From positions 6,081 through 70,080 of the forward strand of contig DRGC01000021.1 of the NCBI GenBank assembly GCA_011050235.1: DNA of 64,000 nt, read 5' to 3'. The position numbers and the translations under genes are program-made. Source of the DNA: Phycisphaerae bacterium. Lineage in GTDB: Bacteria; Planctomycetota; Phycisphaerae; SM23-33. Each line of letters opens with the position of its first letter. The stretch's first letter is position 1. The notes beneath the pieces are model-generated. The model ran no database searches. It saw only the letters and a list, made by a program, of their open reading frames with translations, and was not told the DNA's origin. Shown here piece by piece: positions 1 to 9,703 of this stretch.

Positions 1-623
1 TGGATGGCGACCAACTCGTCGGCGGTCATGACCGGCTCGAGCTGGTCGAGGCGCGTACGGGCGGGCTCGGTCTGGAGGATCTCGCGCTCGGTCTGCTTGT
101 CGGGGTAGCCGATGCGGATGCGGAGCATGAAGCGGTCGAGCTGGTTTTCCGGCAGGAAATAGGTGCCTTCGAACTCATAGGGATTCTGCGTGGCCAGGAT
201 CATGAACGGCGGGCCCAACGGGTAGGTATGGCCGTCAGTGGTGACCTGGGCCTCGTTCATGGCTTCCAGCATCGCACTTTGGGTGCGCGGCGTGGTGCGG
301 TTGATCTCGTCGGCCAGGATGATGTTGGAGAAGATCGGGCCGGGCTTGAAGGTGAACTTCGCGTCGGCGGGATCGTAGACGCTCACCCCCAGGATGTCGC
401 TGGGCAGCAGGTCGGGCGTCAGTTGGATCCGGCTGAACGGGCAGTCGATGCTGCGTGCGATGGCCCGACCGAGGATGGTCTTGCCGACGCCGGGGACGTC
501 CTCCAGCAGCACGTGGCCGCGCGCGAGCAAGGCGACCAGCACCTGGCGGATGACGTCGTCCTTGCCCAGAAGAACGGATGCAACGTTGCGATGCAGCGCC
601 CGAAGCGTGTCGATATCAGTCAT
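1..623 (-). CDS. MoxR-like AAA+ ATPase, N-terminal ~207 aa; the C-terminus lies beyond the window start
   Basis: Reverse-strand translation from the ATG at 621-623 reads MTDIDTLRALHRNVASVLLGKDDVIRQVLVALLARGHVLLEDVPGVGKT...LADEINRTTPRTQSAMLEAMNE.... It contains Walker A (GVGKT), Walker B (LADEINR) and the MoxR sensor region. It is absent from the ORF track because it runs off the edge. The antisense ORFs 228..818 and 394..657 are spurious. Confidence 0.85.
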   Translation of the reverse strand, partial: MTDIDTLRALHRNVASVLLGKDDVIRQVLVALLARGHVLLEDVPGVGKTILGRAIARSIDCPFSRIQLTPDLLPSDILGVSVYDPADAKFTFKPGPIFSNIILADEINRTTPRTQSAMLEAMNEAQVTTDGHTYPLGPPFMILATQNPYEFEGTYFLPENQLDRFMLRIRIGYPDKQTEREILQTEPARTRLDQLEPVMTADELVAI

Positions 624-745
624 GAGGACCCTCGTTTGCCGGAGATATTGTCGTTGACGGTAATGAATTATACCACCTGGCGGGACATGCGGGCAAACGG
701 CGGGTTTTGGTTGGCCTGCGGCGGGCCGACGGGTAGCATGGGGGT

Positions 746-1390
746 ATGTTCACGGGCATTATTCGACATGTCGGCAGCCTGCGATCGATCGCGCCGGCGG
801 CCGGTGGGCAGCGGCTGAGTATCGACCTCGGGCCGTTGGCCGCCCAGGTCGCCCGCGGCGACAGCGTGGCTGTCTGCGGCGTGTGCCTGACGGCGGCTGA
901 TCTATCCGGCTCGGCGGCGAGCTTCGACGTGATGGCCCAGACGCTTGAGACGACCACGCTCGGGTCGCTGTCGACGGGGGCGAAGGTCAACCTCGAACTC
1001 GCGCTGCGCGCCGGCGGCGGGCTGGATGGCCACCTGGTGCAGGGCCACGTCGACGGCCTGGCCGAGTTGGCGGATATTCGCCGCGGCGACCGCTATGAAC
1101 TGACATTCCGGGCCGATGACGAGGTGACGGCCACCATGGCGTCCAAAGGCTCGGTGGCCGTTGACGGCGTGTCGCTGACGATCGCCGACGTGGACGGGCA
1201 GACGTTTCGCGTGGCGCTGATCCCCACGACCCTGGCGGAGACGACCCTGGGCGAACGCGTCGTCGGCGACAAGGTCAACGTGGAGACGGACATCATCGGG
1301 AAATACGTTCGGCGATATCTGAGCCAGCTCGGCGGCAGCGGCCGCGACGGCCTGACGCTGGAGAAGCTCAGGGAGGCCGGCTTCTGCTAG
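746..1390 (+). CDS. ribE: riboflavin synthase alpha subunit
   Basis: N-terminus MFTGIIRHVGSL; two lumazine-binding repeats (GDSVAVCGVCLT / GSVAVDGVSLT); 214 aa. Confidence 0.9.
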   Translation: MFTGIIRHVGSLRSIAPAAGGQRLSIDLGPLAAQVARGDSVAVCGVCLTAADLSGSAASFDVMAQTLETTTLGSLSTGAKVNLELALRAGGGLDGHLVQGHVDGLAELADIRRGDRYELTFRADDEVTATMASKGSVAVDGVSLTIADVDGQTFRVALIPTTLAETTLGERVVGDKVNVETDIIGKYVRRYLSQLGGSGRDGLTLEKLREAGFC

Positions 1391-1414
1391 AACCGGGCCC
1401 GATCGGGCCGTTCG

Positions 1415-2461
1415 ATGATATTCATGGCTGACCCGCGACCCACAATCGGTATCACGATGGGCGACCCCTGCGGCATCGGGGCCGAGATCATCATCAAGGC
1501 CCTGGCCGACGAGGCGCTGCGCGAGCGGGCGCGGTTTCTGGTGTTCGGTCTGAGCGAGCAGCTCTCCTACACGGCCGACCAGATCGAACAGAATTGGCCG
1601 TTCGCGCGGGACCATCATGAGGACGTCCGTCGATACAGCGAGAGTGTCGTCGTGCTGGACTACGACGAGTTTTCCCTCCCCCCGGCCATGCCGCGCGGGT
1701 CCAGCAGGCTGGGCGGTGAGGCGTCGCTGGCGTTTTGCGACGGGGCGATCGAGGCGGCCCGTGTCGGGCTGGTGGATGCGATTGTGACCGGGCCGATCTC
1801 CAAGACATCGTGGACGCTGGCGGGGCAAAAGAAGTTCCCCGGTCATACCGAATTGCTGGCCGATCGGTTCAAGTCTCGCCACGTGGCCATGATGTTTGTG
1901 GCGCCGCAGATGAAGGTGGTGCTGGCGACAATCCACCGGCCGCTGTTTGAGGTCCGCAACCATTTCACCATTGGCTGCGTGTTCAACCCGATCGACCTGG
2001 CCGATGCGGCGCTGCGGCGGTGGTGGGGCATCGAGTCGCCGAAGATCGTCGTGTGCGGGGTGAACCCCCACGCCGGTGAGGGGGGGCAGTTCGGCGACGA
2101 GGAACAGCGCATCATCGCCCCGGCGGTGCTGATGGCGAACGAGGCGGGCATGACTGTCTCGGGCCCCTTCCCGGCCGACACGGTCTTTGTCAAGGCGGCC
2201 GCCGGCGCGTACGACTGCGTGGTGGCGATGTACCACGATCAGGGGCTGATCCCGATCAAGCTGCTGGCCTGGCGCGAGGCGGTGAACCTGACGCTGGGGT
2301 TGCCCATCATTCGCACGTCGCCCGATCACGGCACGGCCTTCGATATCGCCGGCCGAAGCCGAGCCGACGAATCCAGCATGAAAGCGGCGATCAATCTGGC
2401 CATCGACCTGGCCGTCAAAGCCCCTGCCGTCACACCGGCCGAGGACGACCCGGGCGAGTAG
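1415..2461 (+). CDS. pdxA: 4-hydroxythreonine-4-phosphate dehydrogenase PdxA
   Basis: Motifs IGITMGDPCGIGAEI, PGHTELL, NPHAGEGG and AMYHDQGLIPIKLL are characteristic of the PdxA/PdxA2 family. Confidence 0.9.
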   Translation: MIFMADPRPTIGITMGDPCGIGAEIIIKALADEALRERARFLVFGLSEQLSYTADQIEQNWPFARDHHEDVRRYSESVVVLDYDEFSLPPAMPRGSSRLGGEASLAFCDGAIEAARVGLVDAIVTGPISKTSWTLAGQKKFPGHTELLADRFKSRHVAMMFVAPQMKVVLATIHRPLFEVRNHFTIGCVFNPIDLADAALRRWWGIESPKIVVCGVNPHAGEGGQFGDEEQRIIAPAVLMANEAGMTVSGPFPADTVFVKAAAGAYDCVVAMYHDQGLIPIKLLAWREAVNLTLGLPIIRTSPDHGTAFDIAGRSRADESSMKAAINLAIDLAVKAPAVTPAEDDPGE

Positions 2462-2482
2462 GCTCGGAGGGGCCCCGGCTGG

Positions 2483-3595
2483 TCAGTCGGGGCGGTCGAC
2501 CTGGAACTCGCTGGTCCATTTGTCCCCAGTCGAAAGCGTCGCATTGGCGGCGGCTTGGTAGTCGGGACGGAGGAACCGTTCGAACATCGCGTGGGTGTAG
2601 CGGGCGATGGTCGCGCTCTGGTCGGGCCAGGGCATTGCGGTGGGGACTTTCTCCGGCAGGTCGACCAGGCGGCGAAGGTCGGTGAAGCTGACGTGATGAG
2701 CGTCGGCGATCTGGAGGTACCACGCCGGGGGGGGCGTGTTGGCCAGCGCCCGGTCGGCGTCGATGAGCTTGAAGGCACGGCTCTCCCCTTCGCGCTGGCC
2801 CACCATGTACATCGTGGGCACGGCGATGCGCTGGTAGTCCTCATCGGCCCACATCCATGCGGCGGGCGAGTGGAGCACGGCTGCCTTGATCCGCTCGTCG
2901 ACCCGGCCGGGGACGCAGCCGATCATCGACAGCACGGTGTAGCCGCCCATGGAATGTCCGCCCGCGCCGATCTGGTGGGCGGCCATCATGCCGGCCAGGG
3001 GGAAGTTTTCGTCGATGTTGCCCTCCAACAGCTTGTCGATGACCGCGGCGAGTTCTTTCGCACGGTAGGCATACCGGGCGTGGTTGAGGCCCGGGCGATC
3101 GGCCAGCAGGTCGGCGACAGCGCGGCGGCGGCGGTCGAACGTATAGCGGCTGGGCGGGTGTTGGATGCCCGTGATGCGGACGGGGTTGAACGGGTCGTTG
3201 TGATCGACGGCCGCGAAGACGAAGCCGCGGGCGGCGAGGTACTCGCCCAGATACGCCGCGGCCAGCCCCGTGCCCGTGTATCCGTGGGACCAGATGATCA
3301 GTGGACAGGGGGCGCGGTTCCAGTCGCCCTGCGCATCGGTGATGGCGCGGCCGACCACGCCGTTGGCGTAGGTGGTGGTGGCGTCGGCATCGGCGTTGGC
3401 GGCGGCATCGAAGGTGGTCGGGTACCACACGGCCGTCACGAGCGGCTTGGGGGCGCCGTAGTCGCCGGCGTAGGTCCACTCGAAGATGCGAAAGCCGACC
3501 GGCGACAGCGGGGCCTCGCACGCGGACAGCAGGACCATCGCCAAAGCAGACAGGATCGTCGTTGCCGCCAGGCGTCCGGGGTGTTTCATAATCAT
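2483..3595 (-). CDS. secreted alpha/beta-hydrolase lipoprotein (PAF-acetylhydrolase / dienelactone-hydrolase-like)
   Basis: Signal peptide plus lipobox Cys (LLSAC). GHSMGG nucleophile elbow (GxSxG). Downstream Asp/His candidates. About 370 aa. Confidence 0.7.
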   Translation of the reverse strand: MIMKHPGRLAATTILSALAMVLLSACEAPLSPVGFRIFEWTYAGDYGAPKPLVTAVWYPTTFDAAANADADATTTYANGVVGRAITDAQGDWNRAPCPLIIWSHGYTGTGLAAAYLGEYLAARGFVFAAVDHNDPFNPVRITGIQHPPSRYTFDRRRRAVADLLADRPGLNHARYAYRAKELAAVIDKLLEGNIDENFPLAGMMAAHQIGAGGHSMGGYTVLSMIGCVPGRVDERIKAAVLHSPAAWMWADEDYQRIAVPTMYMVGQREGESRAFKLIDADRALANTPPPAWYLQIADAHHVSFTDLRRLVDLPEKVPTAMPWPDQSATIARYTHAMFERFLRPDYQAAANATLSTGDKWTSEFQVDRPD

Positions 3596-3676
3596 CCGTG
3601 TTCTTTCTGAGGCCCCGCTTGCCTGCGGAGGCCTTGCGTTGTCTTGACCTGCCGAGGCTGGTAAGATTCATCGAGG

Positions 3677-4225
3677 ATGAACGAGCGAGAAGCCAACGTC
3701 AACCGGAATTGTAACATCTGGGCGCCGTGGCGCGCGGAATACATCGAGTCGCTATCGACCGAGCCGGAGGGGTGCTTTATCTGCAACGCCCGCGACGACG
3801 CCGGCGGCGAGGCCGAGAAGCTCGTCCTGTGGCGAAGCGAGCGAACGATCACGGTGCTCAATCGCTTTCCCTACACGGGCGGGCATTCGCTGATCGCGCC
3901 GCTGGAACACGTGGGTGAGCTGTCGTCGCTGGATGACGCGACGCTGCTGGAGATGATGCGGATCGCCCGCGACCTGCAGGCGATTCTGGCCCGGGCGATC
4001 AAGGCGCAGGGGTTCAACATCGGCTTCAACATCGGGCGCTGTGCGGGGGCGGGCCTGCCCGACCACGTGCACCTGCACGTCGTGCCGCGCTGGGCGGGCG
4101 ACGTGAACCTGCTCAGTGCGGTCGCCAACGTGCGCGTCGTGCCGGTGTCGCTGGAGCAATTGTACGCATCGATCACCGAGGCGGCGGAGCAGCTCGAGCT
4201 GCCGCGCTTCGTCGAGGGGGCCTAG
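3677..4225 (+). CDS. HIT-family (histidine triad) nucleotide hydrolase/transferase
   Basis: HVHLHVVPR histidine-triad motif and the NRFPYTGGHSLI region. Confidence 0.85.
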   Translation: MNEREANVNRNCNIWAPWRAEYIESLSTEPEGCFICNARDDAGGEAEKLVLWRSERTITVLNRFPYTGGHSLIAPLEHVGELSSLDDATLLEMMRIARDLQAILARAIKAQGFNIGFNIGRCAGAGLPDHVHLHVVPRWAGDVNLLSAVANVRVVPVSLEQLYASITEAAEQLELPRFVEGA

Positions 4226-4228
4226 GCC

Positions 4229-5371
4229 GTGGCGACTGAAGCGACGCCGCGCCAGCAATACGAAGCGGCGCAGCGGCGGTGGCTGGCGCCGGTCGCCGTC
4301 CGTGAAGCCGACAGTGGCGGGCGAAGCCATGACGAGCCCCCCCACCCGTACCGGAGCTGCTTTCAGCGCGACCGCGACCGGATCATCCACTGCACGGCCT
4401 TTCGGCGGCTGGATTTCAAGACGCAGGTATTCGTCCCGCACGAGCACGATCATTTCCGCACGCGGCTGACGCACACGCTGGAGGTCGCCCAGGTCGCCCG
4501 GACGATCGGTCGGGCGCTGCGACTGAACGAGGACCTGATCGAGGCGGTCGCACTGGCCCACGACCTGGGCCATCCGCCCTTCGGCCACTGCGGCGAAGAG
4601 GCGCTGGATGAGCTGATGGCCGATGCGGGCGGGTTCGAGCACAACCGCCATTCGCTGCGGGTGGTGGATTATCTGGAGCACCCCTACCCGGCCTTTCGTG
4701 GGTTGAACCTGACCCGCGCTGTCCGCGAGTGCCTGGCCTGCCACGAGACGCGCCACCGCGAGCCTGTCTGCGCCGACTTCAATGATGGTCTGGCCGGGCC
4801 GTTGGAAGGCCAGGTCGTCGACGTCGCTGACGAGATCGCCTACACCGCCGCCGACCTCGACGATGCGCTGGCGGTCGGCTGGATTGCGGCGGAAGACCTC
4901 TCGGCGATGGAGATCTGGCGGCGGGCGTGGGAGATCACCGAGGCCGACTCGCCCGATGCGCGGTGGATCCACAAGCGTATCCGCAGCCGCGTGGCGATCC
5001 TGTCGTTGATGGTGGACGACGTTGTGGCGACGACGGGCCGGGCGACCGAGACGCTGACGTGCGTGGACGACGTTCGCCGAGCGGGCGGGGCCAGCGCGGC
5101 CTTCTCGCCGCAGATGGGCGATCAGGTTGCCGAACTGAAAGCGTTCCTGCTGGCGGAGGTGTACGAACACCCCGTCAGCGAGCAGCACCGCGATGAGGGA
5201 CGGCGAATCATCCAGGATCTGTTCACGCAGTTCGTTGCCGCGCCGGCGGCCCTGCCCCAACGGTACGCCCAGCGCGTCGCCGCCGATGGGCTCGAGCGCG
5301 TGGTGTGCGACTACATTGCGGGCATGACGGATCGGTACTGCAGGGCCCAGCACGCGGCCTTGCTCAGGTAG
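4229..5371 (+). CDS. dgt: dGTP triphosphohydrolase-like HD-domain protein
   Basis: HD motif region FRTRLTHTLEVAQVARTIGRAL...LAHDLGHPPFGHCGEEAL. Length 380 aa, typical of short dGTPase-like proteins. Confidence 0.8.
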   Translation: MATEATPRQQYEAAQRRWLAPVAVREADSGGRSHDEPPHPYRSCFQRDRDRIIHCTAFRRLDFKTQVFVPHEHDHFRTRLTHTLEVAQVARTIGRALRLNEDLIEAVALAHDLGHPPFGHCGEEALDELMADAGGFEHNRHSLRVVDYLEHPYPAFRGLNLTRAVRECLACHETRHREPVCADFNDGLAGPLEGQVVDVADEIAYTAADLDDALAVGWIAAEDLSAMEIWRRAWEITEADSPDARWIHKRIRSRVAILSLMVDDVVATTGRATETLTCVDDVRRAGGASAAFSPQMGDQVAELKAFLLAEVYEHPVSEQHRDEGRRIIQDLFTQFVAAPAALPQRYAQRVAADGLERVVCDYIAGMTDRYCRAQHAALLR

Positions 5372-5439
5372 CGGCGCAAGGAGCCGCCCGCACGGCCTGG
5401 GCGGTGCGGGCGGGAAAATGTGCAGGTCTCTGGCGGGGG

Positions 5440-7287
5440 CTATTCGCTGGGCTCGCCCTCAGGCGCCGGCTGATCGGCGGGTGCGGATGCCGTGTCTTCG
5501 GCGGGCGCGTCGGCGGGGAACTCCTCTTCTTCGGTCTCGTCGACGAAGACGTCGTCCAGATCTGTGGCGTCCACGTGGCGCCGCAGCAGGAAATAGGTGA
5601 CGGTGCTAGCGGAGATGAAGTAGCTGATCAGGAACGCCGCGACCACGCCGATGACGATGTAGACCCACACGGCAATGGCGTAGGCGCCGAGGGTTTCCAT
5701 CGTGCTCATTGCGGCGGTGTTCATGGGGGCGTGGAATGCCTCGAAGCTCGGCGTCGGCCACATGACATCCAGCTTGTCCGACGCGCCGGCGATGGTTCGT
5801 CCGCCGGCCCAGACTCCGGTCTCGACGCCCAGGTGGGTGGCCTTGAGGGCGACGAAGGCAAACAGGCGGACGAACAGGTAGCAGACGGTCCCGTGGACCA
5901 GGGCGGAGACGGCGTAGACGCCCGCCCGCCACGGGCGGTTGAAGATGTAGGAGTAGCTTCGGCTCATCGCGTCGAAGCTGTCCGAGCCTTCCACGGCGAT
6001 GGTGGGGTACATCAGGCTGGCGCCGCCGACGAGCCCGAACAGCAGGAAGGCGATCACCAGGCCGCCGAGGACGGCCAGGAAGAACAGCACGCCCATAACC
6101 AGGGCCCCGGCGCCCATGGCATTGGCGATCAGTCCGGCAAGGGCCATCATCGCGCCGATCAGTAGGATGATGGCCAATGGGATGACGGGGGACATCAGGA
6201 AGCTCAGGAACTTCCCGGCCGAGAACCGCAGCGCCTGGCCGATGGAGGTCTTTTCCTCGCGGGCGGCGTGCAGGGCGGCGATGCGATAGATCGCTCCGCC
6301 TAACAAGGCCCACAAGGACAGCACGTAGACGCCGAAGATCAGACCGAACACGAGATGATGGACAAACAGCCACCGGAGGCCATGGAAGGACATCATCACG
6401 TAGTACAGGAAGCCCGCCTTGTCCTCGTAGACGGGAAAGGCCAAGGGCGTGCCGTCCAGCGGCGATTCAGCCTTGGGGGCCTGCCGCGAGGTGACCAACT
6501 GCTTCAGCCCGCCGGTGAGATTTCCATGGGTGATGGAGTAGATGGCGTTTTGGACACAGGCGGTCTGGAAATCGATGAAGCTGGCGAAGATCCTTTCGCC
6601 GCGGATGTCTTTAGCCCTGCGATCGAACGCCTGTTCCAAGGCCACCAGGCTCTGCAGGCATGCTTCGTAGTTGGTCTCGATGCCTTCGAGTTTCTTGGCC
6701 AGCTTTTCGGGATCGCCGGTGGCGTCTTCGGCCTTGTCGGGGGCTTCACTGTAGCTGTCGGCCAGGAGACGGTGAGCCTGGGCCATGGACTTGCCGAAGG
6801 CGTTTTTGGCATCACTTAGCAGACTGCGCCAAGTCCCCTCCTCCATCGCCTTCTTGAGATCAGGTTGCTGGACCGGTTTGCCGTCGCCGACGTCCCGGAG
6901 TTTCTTGCTCAACAGATTTTCGACGGGGCCGTCGGGCAGCCTGCCGGGGAGGATCGTTGGCCTGGCAGCCTGTGTTGCCCATTGGCCCCACAGATCGGCG
7001 GCATTTTGCACTCGCTTGGACTTCCAGCGCTCCATCATCTTGTCGAACGTTTCGGTCCGCATCGAAGTGAAGGCGGCAATTTCGTCATCGGCGGTGTTGA
7101 CGTAGGATCCGCCGATCGACCAGATCAGATCGAAGAGACACCCGCCCAGGCAGACCAGCGCGATCAGCGCCAGCGCAAGGACCAGCTTGCTGGGATGCAT
7201 CGCGAGTTTGCGGCTCTTGAATATCTGCGTGAAGCTGAACACTTCGGTCCAACTGACTTGTCTGACTTCGTGTTGCTCGTCCGCCAT
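5440..7287 (-). CDS. hypothetical multi-pass membrane protein
   Basis: Start chosen at MADEQHEV (ATG near 7285-7287) preceded by AAAGGAT. The in-frame N-terminal extension listed in the ORF track is Arg/Pro-rich junk. There is one N-terminal TM segment, a ~270 aa soluble domain, at least six C-terminal TM helices and an acidic tail (DETEEEEFPADAPAEDT...). No family recognised. Confidence 0.5.
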   Translation of the reverse strand: MADEQHEVRQVSWTEVFSFTQIFKSRKLAMHPSKLVLALALIALVCLGGCLFDLIWSIGGSYVNTADDEIAAFTSMRTETFDKMMERWKSKRVQNAADLWGQWATQAARPTILPGRLPDGPVENLLSKKLRDVGDGKPVQQPDLKKAMEEGTWRSLLSDAKNAFGKSMAQAHRLLADSYSEAPDKAEDATGDPEKLAKKLEGIETNYEACLQSLVALEQAFDRRAKDIRGERIFASFIDFQTACVQNAIYSITHGNLTGGLKQLVTSRQAPKAESPLDGTPLAFPVYEDKAGFLYYVMMSFHGLRWLFVHHLVFGLIFGVYVLSLWALLGGAIYRIAALHAAREEKTSIGQALRFSAGKFLSFLMSPVIPLAIILLIGAMMALAGLIANAMGAGALVMGVLFFLAVLGGLVIAFLLFGLVGGASLMYPTIAVEGSDSFDAMSRSYSYIFNRPWRAGVYAVSALVHGTVCYLFVRLFAFVALKATHLGVETGVWAGGRTIAGASDKLDVMWPTPSFEAFHAPMNTAAMSTMETLGAYAIAVWVYIVIGVVAAFLISYFISASTVTYFLLRRHVDATDLDDVFVDETEEEEFPADAPAEDTASAPADQPAPEGEPSE

Positions 7288-7520
7288 GGCTGAATCCTTT
7301 CCGTTCCGCGAACTGGGGCAGGGCCGGCCCGTCGGCCGAACTGGCCGATGGGTCATCGCACGATCAGAAGCCTCGGGAGGCCCGGCGCCCGTAGGTCGTC
7401 CCAAAGACGCTGGGATTATAGGACCACCCCGAAGGCATGCAAAAGCAAAATCCCCAGCCGCTGCGCCGAAATGACGGTCCCCTGCCGGATGGACGGATCG
7501 ATCGCAGTTGGCGCGGAGGC

Positions 7521-7856
7521 CTAATCGTTGTCGCTACTGGCCTCCGCCTTGTCGCCGGACTTGTCGGATGGCTTCTTGTCGGCGGGCTTGCCCTCCGACT
7601 TGCTGTCGGTGTCGCCGGCGGCCTTGCTATCGCCGGCGGGCTTGTCTTTTTCGGCCGCCTTGCGATACGAATCGCTGCGGTAGTCGGTCTGGTAGAAGCC
7701 GCTGCCCTTGAAGATGATCCCCGCCCCGGCGCCCAGAAGGCGTTTGACTTTGAGCTTGCCGCACTCGGGGCACTTGCGGATCGACGGGGCCTTGATGGAC
7801 TGGAACTTCTCGAACTCGTGGCCGCACTCGTGGCAGCGGTAATCATACGTCGGCAT
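7521..7856 (-). CDS. FmdB-family zinc-ribbon protein with a Lys/Asp/Ser-rich tail
   Basis: Internal start MPTYDYRCHECGHEFEKFQSIKAPSIRKCPECGKLKVKRLL gives the CxxC-N-CxxC zinc ribbon typical of FmdB. The upstream in-frame residues are Arg-rich junk. The start coordinate is +/-1 nt. Confidence 0.7.
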   Translation of the reverse strand: MPTYDYRCHECGHEFEKFQSIKAPSIRKCPECGKLKVKRLLGAGAGIIFKGSGFYQTDYRSDSYRKAAEKDKPAGDSKAAGDTDSKSEGKPADKKPSDKSGDKAEASSDND

Positions 7857-8451
7857 CGATATCCTCCGGGTCCTCGGCATCCTCCGAGTCCGTCTGGTCG
7901 GGGGTCGGCGGCTGGCAGGAAACCACCACGCCGCTGGGCCGAAGCGTTCGGCCGTTGAGGGCGTAGCCCTTCTGGAGCTCCTGCAGGACCGTCTGGTCCG
8001 GCGCGTCGTCACTGGGCTGCTGCATCAGGGCGGCGTGTCGGTCGGGGTCGAAGGACTGGCCGACCGCGTCGATCACCGTCAGGCCGAACTTGCCCAACGC
8101 CTCGAGCGCCTTGGCGTGGACTAACTGCATGCCCTGAAAGAGCGGATCGTCCTCGCCATGGTCCTCACGAGCGGCAGCGAGGGCGCGTTCCATGTCGTCC
8201 AGGACGGGCAGGAGGCCCTTGATGACATCGGCGCGGGCGAACTGGCGGTCGTCCTGTTTCTCGCGATGGGTGCGCTTCTGGAAGTTCGCGTAGTCGGCCG
8301 AGACGCGCTGCAGGCGGTCCATCAGGTCGTCGCGCTCGGCTTGCAGATCGACCTCGGGGGGGGCGGCCTCGGGTGTTTCGTCGGCCGGCGGCTGGGGCGG
8401 CTGGTCGTCCGGACGGGGCTCGTGGGACGACTTTTTCTTGGCTTTGGTCAT
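7843..8451 (-). CDS. grpE: nucleotide exchange factor GrpE
   Basis: Coiled-coil N-terminus (DLMDRLQRVSADYANFQKRTHRE) and the GrpE C-terminal beta domain (FDPDRHAALMQ...QKGYALNGRTLRPSGVVVS). Confidence 0.9.
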   Translation of the reverse strand: MTKAKKKSSHEPRPDDQPPQPPADETPEAAPPEVDLQAERDDLMDRLQRVSADYANFQKRTHREKQDDRQFARADVIKGLLPVLDDMERALAAAREDHGEDDPLFQGMQLVHAKALEALGKFGLTVIDAVGQSFDPDRHAALMQQPSDDAPDQTVLQELQKGYALNGRTLRPSGVVVSCQPPTPDQTDSEDAEDPEDIDADV

Positions 8452-8473
8452 CGTGACGTTTCGCTTCGCCGGG

Positions 8474-9607
8474 CTAGTCCTTCATGCCGAGCGTCTTCTT
8501 GAGCTTGTCGAGAAACGATTGTCGCCTGGGCGTGATGTTGACGTCCTCGGTCTCGGCGAACTCGGTGAGGAGTTCTTTCTGCTTGCCCGTCAGCTTCGTG
8601 GGCACTTCGATGAAAACCAACACGTGCTGATGGCCTTTGCGCCCGGTGCGTTGGCTGGGCAGGCCTCGGCCTTTGAGCGTGATCATGTCGCCGTTTTGCG
8701 TACCGGCGGGGATATCGACGGGCTCGGCGCCGGCGAGCGTGGGCACCTCAACCGATCCGCCGAGGGCAGCCTGGGAAAAGGTGATGGGCACCTGGCAGAT
8801 CAAGTCGTCATTGCGCCGCGTCAGGAACGGGTGGTCGGCGACGTGGACGTAAACGTGCAGGTCGCCGCGGGCGGTGTTGCCGGGGTTGGGCTCGCCTTCG
8901 CCGCGGATGCGGACCATCTGGCCGTCGCGCACGCCCGGGGGCACGTGGACGGTCAGGACGCGTTTTTTCTTCATTCGGCTGCTGCCTTTGCAGGCGGTGC
9001 ACGGGTCGGTGATTATCCGCCCGGCGCCGTGACAGCGGGGACACTGCTGGAGACGAACGCTGACCCCGAAGAAGCTCTGCATCTGCTGCTGCACCTGCCC
9101 GTAGCCGCCGCAGGTCTCGCAGCGCGCCACTTCGGTGCCCGGCTCGGCGCCGCTGCCGCTGCAGGCGTCGCACAGATCGATACGCTCGAACTCCAGCGTG
9201 GAATCCGCGCCGGTGGCGATCTGCTCGAGCGTCAGATCAATCTGGGTCTCCAGATCGTAGCCGCGCTGCGAGCGGGTCTGCCCCGCCGTGAAGCCGCCCA
9301 TGCCCGAGAAGATATCCTCGAACATCGAGAAAATGTCGCCGAACCCCATGCGCGAGAAGTCGTGCATCCCCATGCCGCGCAGGCCCTCGTGGCCGAACTG
9401 ATCGTAGCGCTGACGTTTGACCGAATCGGACAGGACCTCGTAGGCCTCGGAGACTTCCTTGAACAGCTGCTCGCCCTCGGTCTTGTCGCCCTGGTAATTG
9501 TCGGGGTGGTACTTCAGCGCCAGCTTGCGGTAGGCGCGTTTGACGTTGTCGCCGCCGGCGGAGCGGTCAACGCCAAGAACGTCGTAATAGTCCCGCTTTG
9601 TCGCCAT
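8474..9607 (-). CDS. dnaJ: molecular chaperone DnaJ
   Basis: J-domain (DYYDVLGV...KYHPD), a Gly/Phe-rich region, four CxxCxGxG zinc-finger repeats and a C-terminal substrate-binding domain. Start taken at MATKRDYY. The track ORF begins at an upstream GTG. Confidence 0.9.
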   Translation of the reverse strand: MATKRDYYDVLGVDRSAGGDNVKRAYRKLALKYHPDNYQGDKTEGEQLFKEVSEAYEVLSDSVKRQRYDQFGHEGLRGMGMHDFSRMGFGDIFSMFEDIFSGMGGFTAGQTRSQRGYDLETQIDLTLEQIATGADSTLEFERIDLCDACSGSGAEPGTEVARCETCGGYGQVQQQMQSFFGVSVRLQQCPRCHGAGRIITDPCTACKGSSRMKKKRVLTVHVPPGVRDGQMVRIRGEGEPNPGNTARGDLHVYVHVADHPFLTRRNDDLICQVPITFSQAALGGSVEVPTLAGAEPVDIPAGTQNGDMITLKGRGLPSQRTGRKGHQHVLVFIEVPTKLTGKQKELLTEFAETEDVNITPRRQSFLDKLKKTLGMKD

Positions 9608-9703
9608 CGCGCCGTTGCCTTGTTGCACCGGTCTATGAGCGACACAGGGGCGCTTCGGCCGCCGCCAAAGCGCCCCTATGTCTTATCGTCTCGCCGGGGC
9701 GGT

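Noticed and set aside
228-990. ORFs 228..818(+), 394..657(+), 616..990(-) from the six-frame track
   Set aside because: They lie antisense or out-of-frame to the clearly recognisable MoxR and ribE genes and have Arg/Gly/Pro-rich low-complexity translations typical of spurious ORFs in high-GC DNA.
902-2329. 475-aa ORF on the minus strand opposite ribE/pdxA, and similar long Arg-rich antisense ORFs (e.g. 3752..5353, 20128..20826, 30716..31834, 41367..45557)
   Set aside because: These are antisense to well-supported genes. The extreme Arg/Pro/Gly content and absence of any motif mark them as GC-driven open frames, not genes.
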